Assembly (NCBI RefSeq): GCF_036321535.1
Contig: NC_087438.1
Location: 12,836,001-12,900,000, forward strand
Reading direction: 5' to 3'
From: Camelus dromedarius
Lineage: Eukaryota
DNA length: 64,000 nucleotides
The number at the start of each line of letters is the position of its first letter. Position 1 is the first letter of the stretch. Positions 40,020-51,669 of the stretch are shown here, one piece after another. The notes below the pieces were generated by a model. It saw only the letters and a list, made by a program, of their open reading frames with translations. It was not told the origin of the DNA and did not search any database. The position numbers were made by a program, and so were the translations under genes.

Positions 40020-40520
40020 TTATTTGACACCTTCTGTAAACCAACATTGTTCAAAGTCCTAGGACACATATATAAATAAAATTTGGTCCCTGCTGTCAGA
40101 GAAGTTGGTTTACTTTGAGGGACATCCAGAAAACAAGTGATCTTACCATAATAATACAATTTGATAGTAACATAATATCTTAGGGTGACGTGGATGGGGA
40201 AAAAATCAGAAAATGTTTCTTGGAGGAAAATGAAGCTCTGCTCAGTCTTTATGAATAAAAAGTTTATAAGGCAGGGAAGCGTAGGGCTTGAGTTCCCAGA
40301 ATAGGGAACAGTATGAACAAAATTACAGAAGCTGGTACGTGGGTGATGTGTGTGGCAAACTGAAAATATAGTTTGTAAAGGGCAGGGTTAGGAGTTGCAG
40401 GAGATAAAGCTAGAGAGAAACTAACACGTGAGACAAGGAGGATCCTGGGTATGAGGCTAAAGTGCTTCAATTTCATCTCAGAGACAATGGGAAGGACTTA
40501 GAAGGACAGGGTAACTAAGG
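40020..40520. mobile_element. L2 remnant
   Basis: tatttatttgacaccttctgtaaacc...ggtccctgctgtcagagaa and following purine-rich L2-like blocks. Confidence 0.55.
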
Positions 40521-40842
40521 AATGACATTTTATTTAGTGTTCATAAGTGCTGAGTGGCGGTCACCATGCAAACTAACTCTGACCCATACTAAAGACATGG
40601 AGAGTTCAGAAAGACCTTGATGAGTATAGAACGAAGTATTCAACATCTGTATTAAACCCATCATACATATCCCATCCCATTCACCTAAAGCCCAGTATCC
40701 CCTGAGAAAAATCCAGAGAACTCACTCTTCACCAAGGATCTGAGAAAGTATTGAGGAAAACACACATTTTATGTAGAATAACTCTTTACTCATCGCTTCT
40801 AAGCTAGAAATGCTGGTGGAATACTCTACAAATGAAATGGAC

Positions 40843-41400
40843 TGTTAGCTTGGATTCTCCCAGAGAGAAGAGCCTACAGGAAAAGCTTCTATTAGGGAAT
40901 GCAGAACCAAAAAAGCAGTGGTGAGGCAGAGAAGAAGGGAGAATAAATATCAGGATGTGACAACAAATTGGTCACTGTTCGGTACCACATCAAACTGACA
41001 ACTGAGTCTTTTAGGAATGTCTTATGACTACATCACAGAACAGTCCATCAAGGAAGATGAAGGGGGAAGAATTTATTCATCAACTCCTGTCTCCCTTGCC
41101 CTTCTTCATTTTGTATTTGAAGTCCTCAAGACTGTATACATGGTTTCACATCTAAAATTTCACAGGGAAACCCTTGGGCAGGAAATGAGTCACATGTGGT
41201 GATGCTGGCATGAGGTAATACACTGTTGGGCTATATTAACACGAGGTTAGTCGGAACCCACACAGACAGGGTCACTTCTGTTGTGGCCTGGTGGAGATGG
41301 TTGTGGTCAATGTCCCCAGAGACAGCTGAGGCTGAGAAGAATCTGCAGACTCTATATGGGCACCTCGAGGTCAACAAGGATGAGACAATCACAGTGTGGC
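40843..41400. mobile_element. Possible ERVL LTR remnant (LTR16/LTR33-like)
   Basis: tgttagcttggattctcccagagagaagagcct...gcagtggtgaggcagagaagaaggg; recalled similarity only. Confidence 0.4.
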
Positions 41401-41594
41401 AGAGATGGGTAGGCGCGTATTTGCCATCAAGGGCTAAGTGGGTATGATTTCCCAACAGAATGTGCGAGGCATTATAATTAGACCTCTGAGATTTGTATAA
41501 CCTGCTGGGCTCTTTCACGTAGGCTATCTGATGGCAAGGTATCTGGGAGCGATACTGATGGTCAGCTCAAGATCCTCTTTCTTCAGTTGTTTTA

Positions 41595-41726
41595 TTTTTT
41601 GGGGGTAGGGGGATGGAGGTGATTAGATTTTTACTTATTAACTTTTTTTTTAATGGGGGTACTGGGAATTGAACCCAGGACCTCATGCACGCTAAGCATG
41701 TGCTCTACCACTGAGCTATACCCTCC
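41595..41726 (-). mobile_element. tRNA-derived SINE (camelid Vic-1-like)
   Basis: The reverse strand reads ggagggtatagctcagtggtagagcacatgcttagcgtgcatgaggtcctgggttcaattcccagtacc (Pol III A and B boxes) followed by an A-rich tail; homologous to 53162-53310. Confidence 0.9.
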
Positions 41727-41740
41727 TTCCTTCAGTTTTA

Positions 41741-43197
41741 TTTTTTTTTTAATTGAAGTATCGTCAGTTTACAATGTTGTGTCAATTTCTGGTGTACAGC
41801 ATAATGCTTCAGTCATGCATATACATATGTATATTCATTTTTATATTCTTTTTTATTATAGGTTACTACAAGATATTGAATATAGTTCCCTGTGCTATAC
41901 AGTATAAACTTTTTATTTATATATTTTATATATATTAGTTAGTATCTGCAAATCTCAAGCTCCCAATTTATCCCTTCCTATGCCCTTTCCCCTCTGGTAA
42001 CCATAAATTTGTTTTCTATGTCTGTGAGTCTGTTTCTGTTTTTTAAATAAGTTAAGGTGTATTTCCTTTTTTTTTAGATTCCACATATAAGTGATATCAT
42101 ATGTTTTTTTTCTTTCTCTTTCAGGCTTACTTCACTTAGAATGACATTCTCCAGATCCATCCATGTTGATGCAAATGACATTATTTTATTATCTTTTATG
42201 GCTAAGTAGTATTCCGTTATATAAATATACCACAGTTTCTTTATCCAGTCATCTGTCGATGGACATTTAGGTTGCTTCCATGTATTGGCTATTGTAAATA
42301 GTGCTGCTATGAACATTGGGGTGCATGGTCTTTTTGAATTAAAGTTCCCACTGGATATATGCCCAGGAGTGGGATTGCTGGATCATATAGTGAATCTATT
42401 TTTAGTTTTTTGAGGAATCTCTATATTGTTTTCCATAACAGCTGCATCAGACTGCATTCCCACCAGCAGTGTAAGAGGATTCCCTTTTTTCCACACCCTC
42501 TCCAGCATTTATCTATCATTCAGAGTCTATTCAGTCAATAGACTTTTGAATGATGGCTATTCTGACTAGCGTGAGGTGATACCTTATTGTAGTTTTAACA
42601 TTCATTTCTCTGATAATTAGCGATATTGAGAATTTTTTCCATGTGCCTATTGGCCATTTGTATGTCTTCATTGGAGAATTCCTTGTTTAGGTCTTCTGCT
42701 CACTTTTGGATTGGGTTTTTTTTTTTTTTTTTGGTTGTTGTTATTAAGTTTATATATTCTAGAAATTAAGCTGTTTTCAGCCTCATCTTTTGCAAATATT
42801 TTCTCCCATTCCATACGTAGGTTGCCGTTTTGTTTTGCTTATGGTTTTCTTTGCTGTGCAAAAGCTTGTAAGTGTAATTAGGCCCCATTTGCTTATTTTT
42901 GATTTTATTTCTATTGCTTGGGTAGACTGCCCTGGGAGAACATTGCTGAGATTTATGTCGGATAATGTTTTGCCTACGTTTTTTCCGAAGAGGTTTATAC
43001 GGTCTTGTCTTATGTTTAAGTATTTAACTTAGCATTAACTTAAACATTTTGAGTTTATTTTTGTGTATGGTGTGAGGGAGTGTTCTAGCTTCATTGATCT
43101 ACATGCTGCTGTCCAGTTTTCCCAACACCATTTGCTGAAGAGACTGTCTATACTCCATTGTATATTCTTGCCTCCTTTGTCAAAGATTAATTGACCA
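41741..43197 (-). mobile_element. 5'-truncated L1 (older subfamily, disrupted ORF2 3' part)
   Basis: ORF2 C-terminal peptides ([47 protein letters not shown]...LICGI), 3'UTR, poly(T) tail, and target repeat tcagttgtttta at 43201-43212. Confidence 0.95.
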
Positions 43198-44534
43198 CCA
43201 TCAGTTGTTTTAATATAAGCATCCCAACTCCCATGAATAGAGATCGGGCTTGAGTAAGCATAATGGACATTATATGGCCCTTCTCCCAATATGATAAATC
43301 CTCAGTATGTTCAGAGACACAGAATGTTCTGAAGGGAGAAAACAATTGTGTTTCCTTAGGGAAGAGCCTTATAACATGACAAAAATATTCTGGAAACCTT
43401 TCTTTAATCTTCCCCATATGGTTTTTGTTCATTTGCATAGATGATGGATAGTGTAAATGGAAAACATCCAAGCTTTTCAGGAGTGATTGGTGTTGGCTCT
43501 TAAGTAACACAAATGTCTCAGGACTCAGAACATCAGAAGATCAATGTAGCTTTGACTGGAGTCCAAACTGCAAGAAGCTAACTGGGACCCTACCCATATC
43601 CTAAGCATACCAGGTTCATAAGGTACCTTTGGAGGTAGATGTCCTTCACACCAAGAAGAATCTTCACAATGATCAACATTTAAATTACTCTCTTTAAATT
43701 CACTAATCTCTCTTCTCTAATCTATTATCTCATCTAGAAACTTGTGCCACATGAACCTTCATCATCACTGATGAACCCAACCACCTGCCTTCCCTGGGTT
43801 TGCATCTGTGAAGCAGAGCACTTCTTAGAGAAAACACACCCACAAAAACACACAAATCAGACTGATGCCAATATAAATTCAAGTTTCTAATACTCTATCT
43901 CGTTAGACAGTTTGCTTTCATGCCACTCACAGCAACAACTTGAAATCATTTCTGGTCTTCTAACGCTCCAATAGCCCATGCTTATTTGCACTTTCTGCAA
44001 AGAGAAGCTTGCCTCCTTCTTGAAAGACTAAATAAAGGTCATCAGATGGGAATGTCCTCAATTTTCTACCAAAAATATGAAAGTCAGAGTGCGTCTACAG
44101 TCACACTCCTCTTTTCCTTTCATATTGCAATACAGGAGGTGTCCTTTCATGCTTCAAAAGCTGGTGTTTCCCTGTAGGCCCTGGATTCTAATTCTCATAG
44201 GGTTCTCTCTCTTTCATGTGTTCTTCATTTTTTTTTTCCTTTCAGGCCTTGTTTGAGTCTCTCCTGGCATAGGGATATTTGTCTGGACTCAGCGCCCTCA
44301 TGCTGTGTTATCCCTGCACCCCGCCTCCTTCTCTTCATCGCTACAAATTGGGGCTCCTTCTCTCCGTCACTATGTGGAGGAAAGAGCCAGAGGATTTTAT
44401 TATCTTGCAAGAGAAATTTAGTGGGCACAATGTTCAGCAGGTGGGAAGAATGTGAAAAAGAGCATGAGAGCCAAGAGATGCATTTGTTTTAGGTCAAGAG
44501 AGCACAGTGAGTTACAGGGGTGAGATTGGTAGGA

Positions 44535-44690
44535 CAGTGTTTCCTAATGAGAAAATTCAACTTCACTCAGGTTCAAATACATATTCCTAGTTTTCACCCC
44601 ATGGCTAATCCTGAGAACTAGAATTTTGAATTTTTAACAAGTGCTGTGGATGATTTTTACGATGAGGCAAATATGAGAAGTGTAGCTTTA
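44535..44690. mobile_element. MER5/MER117-like hAT remnant
   Basis: gaatttttaacaagtgctgtggatgattttta...atgagaagtgtagctttag. Confidence 0.45.
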
Positions 44691-45421
44691 GAGGGTATGT
44701 GTGTGTGTGTGTTTCTGTGTATGGGTGCTGGTATTGCATACCAGCTGTTAAACAGATATGAGGAGCTTGGAGAATCTGAGTTCTAAGAGTTTCTTGAAGC
44801 TCCATGGATCCTTGGGCCACACAGAATCATCTGTGGCTTGGGCAGTCGATGATTTTCCATTGAGATGTGGTCCCTCAGATGTTCCTTTTGCTCCTCAGCT
44901 GGCATCGGTGGTTGGTACAGCAGAAATGGGCACAATGAGGCAAGTGAGTCTCAATTTCTAATTGTGCTGTGACAATACTTTAGAAGCCTGAAGCCTTAAA
45001 AGCTTGCAGGAATGACAGTCCAGCAGTGGTGTTCACAGGGAGCATCTGGGGGACATTCTTGGCTCACCTGAGTATAAGGCTTTTATCATGTTAAACCAAA
45101 ACATTGTTAAAAGGCTAAACGAGGGCCAAGATGAGGAACAGAGCCAAGAAATACTTGAGAAGATCTTGTGATTGATTATAAGAGAGAGGCAGAGATATAC
45201 AAGAATTTTCTGCCTTGGAAGACTAGGTAACTGGTAGCATCGTTGACGGAGACAGAAAATGCAGGACAAAGAACACGTTTGCCAAAGTAAGAGGGGCCAA
45301 TTTTGAGTACCCTGGCCTTGAAATGTCTTTGTTACATTTGTTACACTCACATTAAGATGTTTAATGTTATATGTTTCTGGAACTCAATAGAAAGTTATAG
45401 CAAATGTTTTAGATTCCATAG

Positions 45422-45883
45422 CCTGATGGATAATTTTATGTATCAATTTGACTGAGTGGTGGTACCTAGCTATTTGGTCAAATATTATGCTTAATTTTTC
45501 TGTAAATGTGTTTTTTTTTTTAATGAAATTCACATTTAAATTGGTGGACTTTTAGTAAAGCAGATTGCCCCCCATAACATGGGTAGACTTCAGCCAATCG
45601 GTAAAGGCCTGAATAGAATAAAAATTTGGCCTTCCCCCAGCAAGACAGAATTCTGCCAGCAGACTACCTTTGGGCCTAGACTGCATCTTTTTCCAGGGTC
45701 TCAAGCCTGCAGTCCTACCCTGACTCTGCAGATTTTTGAACTTGAACATCCACAATTGGGTTAGCCTGTTCCTTAAAGTAAGTCAATCTCCTCTCTCTCT
45801 CTCTCTCTTTCTCTCCCTCTCCATATATATAGCTATATGGCATCCTGTTAGTTCTGTTTCTCTGAAGAACCCTGAGTAATAGC
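45422..45883 (+). mobile_element. ERVL solo LTR (MLT2B/D-like) within L2-like sequence
   Basis: tgatggataattttatgtatcaatttgactg, agtaaagcagattgccccccataa, a (CT)n tract, and terminus gttctgtttctctgaagaaccctgagtaata. Confidence 0.88.
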
Positions 45884-46659
45884 ATAGTAGTTAGCATTCA
45901 GGAATTATTAAGTAAAGGTCTTAAGATAGAAGAGATTGACTTGAGAAAAAGAGTGATCTAAGAACAGTGGGCTGAGAATAGAATTGTGGATGCACTAGTA
46001 AGGTTTAAATGGTGAACAGTATAAGAGTAAGACATGAAGAAGCCTGAAAAGAATTGATCAGGGAGACACGAAGAGTCACAGGAAAACACTGAACAATTTA
46101 ATAAAATGTAGAGTGTTAGGACAAAGGGAATTGTGTACACTATTAAACACAGCAGATAGGATTGAAATGTGGTCTTATGACTTGGAAATTAGAAAGTCCT
46201 TGGTTACCTTAGCAAAAGTAGCTCTGCCAAGCAGAACCTTGTTTTCAGGCTGGAAAGGAATTAACTGAGAAGTGAGAAAGCAAAGACTTATCTTGGAAGA
46301 TTTGAAATGAAAAGAAAAGGAGCAAGATTATTAGCTAAAGAGAAACTTAGGTCCAAGAGAAAAGTATCTATAATTTGTTTTTGTTTTTGTTTTTGTTTTG
46401 TCTTAAATACATCAGCCACCAGCAGCACATTTTCAAGTTGGAGGATTATCTTCAAAGAGGGAGAATGAGTGATCATAAAGGAAGGATGCCAGCTCCTTGA
46501 GGAGATGACACAGGTGGGATTAAGGTGATCTTGAATGTGAGTAAACACATAGTCACTTTGGAAATTGGAAGAAAGCCTGGAAGTATAGGTCAGATATAAG
46601 GATGTAGGCACAGGAGGGAAACTGATGAAGTCATAGAAATAGATCTTCAAAAATTTTAA

Positions 46660-47115
46660 ATTACAACCCCATGAATGGACCTTGAGCAAATTATGCTAAG
46701 TGAAATAAGAGAAAGACAAATGCTATATGATCTCATTTATACATGGAATCTAAAACAACCACCACCGAATTCATAGATACAAGAGAACATATTGGTAGTT
46801 GCCGGAAGCAGGGGTGGGGGATGGCAGAAATGAGTAAAGGGGGTCAAAAGATACAGAATTTCAGTTATATAATGATAAAATATAAAATAATAAAATATGT
46901 TGATTATAGTTAATAATACTGTATTGCATATTTGACAGTTGTTAAGTGAGTAGATCTTAAAAAAATTTGTAACTATGTATAGTGAGTGATGTTTGACAGA
47001 CATTAACTAACATAAAGGTGTGATCATTTCACAATGTGTTGAACTATCAAATCATTATGTTGTACATCTGAAACTAACACAGTGTTATATGTCAATTATA
47101 CCTCAATAAAAATAA
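46660..47115 (+). mobile_element. L1 3' end (L1MA9/10-like)
   Basis: gaatggaccttgagcaaattatgctaagtgaaataag...atggaatctaaaa...gtcaattatacctcaataaaaa. Confidence 0.85.
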
Positions 47116-48494
47116 TTGAATTAAATTAAAAGTAAACAAAATTAAATCGTTGCTTCGTAGAAGGAATAAGTTAAAGACAAGAGAACAATTGATTGTAGTA
47201 GGGGGTCAAATTACAAAAAACAATCTGTATTAACCAAAATTCTTGGGTTGTACCTTTTTCTATAGAGTATTCAGAAGTCTAAATTTAAGAATAGAGTCAG
47301 TGCTGTAATGTTTATCCTTTGTTGTAACATAAGGAAACACCTGCAAGTTAGATGAGATTCCTTGTGAGGAGAAATTAAAGAAATCTTCAGTGGTTTCTTG
47401 GCTGAGTGGAGAATGAAGTAATGGCAGAAGGGAGCTTGTAGAAGGGATTAAAAAATTTTAATTTAAAAAAACTAAAAAATTTAAAAAATAATTCCCTTTA
47501 CTTTTAAATCCAGCCTATGTTCTTAAGGCAGACATTTTACCTTCTATGGCTTGAAGAGTTATCCAAAAATCCGCTACTGGTACTTGCTAATTGACTCCGA
47601 GAATTATTCCAGGTGGCTACAGCCCTCACCATCTGCTTTGAACCCTCTCTCCAGTCTGGTCTCCTGGATTTCTCTGCCATTGGCATCATTACTTGGAAGC
47701 TTTCTCTCTGCCTGGCCCTAACAGATTGATTACCTATTTGGACAGTCTTCTGTTCTTTGGACAGTCGCCCCAACATGTGCTGCTTCTCAATTTACCCTGA
47801 TGACAACTGTGACCAACAGTGAGTGGGGGCCCACCTTTCAGCATAAGCTCCCAGGACACTAAATGTGCTTGCTGGAAGTGGAGGGCCAGGAGTGTTGAAA
47901 GTTGATGGTCTGGTTTTATGTTAAGCAAAATTTTTTTGGTCTATATTTCTCATGAAAACTGAGACATGATTAACACGTTGGTTATATTTTATAATATCCA
48001 GGATTATATAAGGATAAAGTGTGAATGCTAGATGGATATACATATTAAACATTGATAATGCTTGATAATGAGCATAGCTATTTGGCTATATGAAAATGTA
48101 GCTCTTTTCAGAAGATTAACTTGCTGGGGTTAAATTTCCCATATTTTACATAGAATTAGGCTATTATCCTAAGTATTGAATAGTCATTGTGCCTACTGTA
48201 ATAAAGGAGCATGCCTGGGTAGGTTATCATTATTTTGGGGATCTATTGGTTTGGGGGTAAATTTGAAAGTAGGAAACAATTAAGCTTTGGCAGATGGAGT
48301 TTCATAGAGGGGTCAGTTGCAGACTTGATTCTGCCTATTTTTCAGACAAAGATAATTGATTTATTTTACCATATCTTCCATCCAATACATAAGTTCCAAT
48401 GAACGTGTTCGTGGTTTACATTACTGTGTAACGAATATTAGGGATAGCATTCTTAATTTTTCACAGGTGTCTGAATAAGCCTGATTTTATGAGG

Positions 48495-48680
48495 GAAATA
48501 GCACAGCACTTGGAGTCAGAAACATCTGGGATTTATTACTTCCTCTGTCAATAATTCATGTTGCCACCTGGAGACAGTATGTCGTTTTCAGGTCTCTAGT
48601 TTTTATATCTGTAAATCTCTAGTTTCTACATCTGTAAAGTCTACTGCTTTCATTTTTAAAGTAGATGTAGTCGTTTGCAT
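48495..48680 (+). mobile_element. MIR
   Basis: ttggagtcagaaacatctgggattt...tctctagtttttatatctgtaaa (MIR core). Confidence 0.6.
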
Positions 48681-49452
48681 TAAGATATAGCCTGAAGTTA
48701 TAAAGTTGACTATTTCAGTTTCACACTAATATGAAATATACGTAAAATTTATGTAGTGATTCTTCTGTAACTTTTTTTCAGTGATGTTTAAGCAAAGAGA
48801 AACTTTTGATAGAGTAGTTACAAGCATGCTGACACCTCTATTTTAAAGTATTTTCTGGCTTTTGTTTTACATGTAAAAGTGATAAATATTCATTATGTTA
48901 CCAGCATGTAGTAGAAGCAAATGGCAGATGCAAACTCCAGTGCTATCATCATTATAGAAAAAACGAGAGTTGAACGTTTGAGCAATTCTCAAACTGTATG
49001 CATTCAAATTCTATTCAGATGTGGCCAGGGCTTCATAATCAAGAAATTATCTTTCATTAAGTCACCATTGTTGTTATAATCTGTTTTAAGACAAATTAAT
49101 TTATAACCTATTTATTTTCATTTTATCAATATCACCAGAGGAATGACACCCGCAGAGTCATTCAACTGTTGCAAAAGCATTTTGTTCCGTTAAATGTTTG
49201 CATGTTTATTTTTGGAAATATACTTTAATATGAAATGGAATAACACAATTTCCTTTTCAGATTGCTTTATCCAAGATAAAAGTTTTCTAAGAAAACACTG
49301 GTCATTACTATGTTCATCCCAGTAGCAGGTGACGTTCATTTAGGTACTCTGATATTTCTGACTTCCTGCTAGGCTGAAGATACACTCTCTATTTTAAATC
49401 ATCACACAAATGTCTTTGGTTGCAAAAGAACAAGTGTGACTTAGAATTTTTC

Positions 49453-50077
49453 TTTTTTTTTTTTAACATTTTTTATTGATTTATTATCATTTTACAATGT
49501 TGTGTCAAATTCCAGTGTAGAGCACAATTTTTCAGTTATACAAGAACATATATATATATTCATTGTCACATTTTTTTCTCTGTGAACTGCCATAAGGTCT
49601 TGTATATATTTCCCTGTGCTATACAGTATAATTTTGTTTATCTATTCTACAATTTTGAAATCCCAGTCTATCCCTTCCCACCCCCGCCCCCTTGGCAACC
49701 ACAAGTTTGTATTCTATGTCTATGAGTCTATCTCTGTTTTGTATTTATGCTTTTTTTTTTTTAGATTCCACCTATGAGCAATCTCATGTGGTATTTTTCT
49801 TTCTCTTTCTGGCTTATCTCACTTAGAATGACATTCTCCAGGAGCATCCATGTTGCTGCAAATGGCGTTATGTTGTCAGTTTTTGTGGCTGAGTAGTATT
49901 CCATTGTATAAATATACCACCTCTTCTTTATCCAGTCATCCGTTAATGGACATTTAGGCTGTTTCCAAGTCTTGGCTATTGTAAATAGTGCTGCTATGAA
50001 CATTGGGGTGCAGGTGTCATTTTGAAGTAGGGTTCCTTCTGGATATATGCCCAGGAGTGGGATTCCTGGGTCATATG
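49453..50077 (-). mobile_element. 5'-truncated young L1 3' fragment
   Basis: Closely similar to 784-1417; ORF2 C-terminus at 49761-50003; TSD-like gaatttttc (49444-49452) and gaacttttc (50078-50086). Confidence 0.95.
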
Positions 50078-51669
50078 GAACTTTTCAATATTATTTGACT
50101 ATGGAAAGCAAACTAACTTTTCTAGAAAAATGTCAGTGTACTAATCAATTTCTTCATAATAATTAAAGAATAGGTAATCATTCAAGGAAGTTTACTGCAC
50201 TCACAACAACAGTGGTCAAGAAATCCTCCAACTTGAAGGAAAAACTTTCTACAAAGTGTATAAAATTCAGCACACACCATGTGATTCTGGTATGTGAGTC
50301 ATCTTCCTTTAACTAGGCAACATATTATATATTTTTTTTCTAGTTGCATCATTAGTAGAACTAAGTAGAATTAACCAACTAACTAATCAACTAACTGACT
50401 AAGTAGAACTAAGTTTCCCCCTATGATTCTGTAAGAAATCTCTGACATACAAGGGACACAAAAGTAACAGGAGTGGTGCACAAAATGATAAATTTTCTAT
50501 GACCATTATCAAAAAATACAACAACTAACTTTAACCTCAACACCAATAGATTTATGAAGATGAGTGCCTATTGTAAGAGTATTAACTTTGGTATCTCCTA
50601 CTCTATGAGATAGCTTGTCTGTCACAAGTTCCAGACTAGAGCTGATAATTAGGTGAAGGAAAATATAATGTTTGTTTTTTGCATTTGACCTCAATACTTA
50701 AAACAATTCTTTAATGCATAAGAATCACTTATTTTTCAGTCTATCGTATGTAGCTTCCTGTTCTTGACACACAAATAGACATCTTTTTAGAGTACTTTGT
50801 ATTCTTTGTGAATAAGATATAGAAATGTTAACTTTTTTCTCTTCAGCATTTTCTCTTTATTTCCTTCAGTTACTTACATTGGAAGATATCATATGCCTTA
50901 AGGAATCTATTATAGAAAACACATGGAAGATTTTGAGTTCTGAAGTCTAGGGCTTCATAGGCATTAAGATACAGTGGAAACATGATGAATCTTAATGTCT
51001 AAATAAAGATTTCTCAGATTGGTAGAAGAAAAGTAAAAAGAGTCAAAAGAGAAGTGAGGATATCTAAAAAGTTGATGGATTGCTATTCCCTGAATACAAG
51101 TTCATGGATCTAGATTTAATGGGCAAAGATGCTAGAAATACACAGCATTAGTTTGTGGTAGCTGTGTGTGTAAAGACCTAAGTTAGGATCCCTGAGGATA
51201 GTCAGTTAGGCAGACAGATCTCAGAATAGAAATGGCTGCAAGATGTTCCTGAATAGTCTTGAAGAGTTTTTTAGAGCCCAGTATAAATAGTGAGCAGAGA
51301 GATAAACTCCTATGTGCCAGAGAAGGACACAGAAAGAGAAAAGGAGTTGTTCTCAACCTAGACACCTTAAGAAAAAAAATGAGCAACCAAGAGTGACCTC
51401 TATGGGCAGGTGAACTGGGGGAGGAGGGTGCATTGTAATAGTCTCAGCAGATATCATCAGAGAAAGATGGTGGTACAAATGAGAAATGTCACATCCATAC
51501 TTCAAATATATATATATACACACATACCAAGATTATTATTTTATTCCACTCAGGAGTTTGAAATAAGAATCAAGGTGAGCTGTAATAATAATAATATTTA
51601 TTTCATATTGTACTGATTACAGAGAACATGTTTCTTCCATATTTCAGAGCATCCTTGTATGGCTAAGAT

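Noticed and set aside
43035..43289. 84-aa ORF with L1-like C-terminus
   Set aside because: Chance read-through from flank into a decayed L1; it stops early at an insertion.
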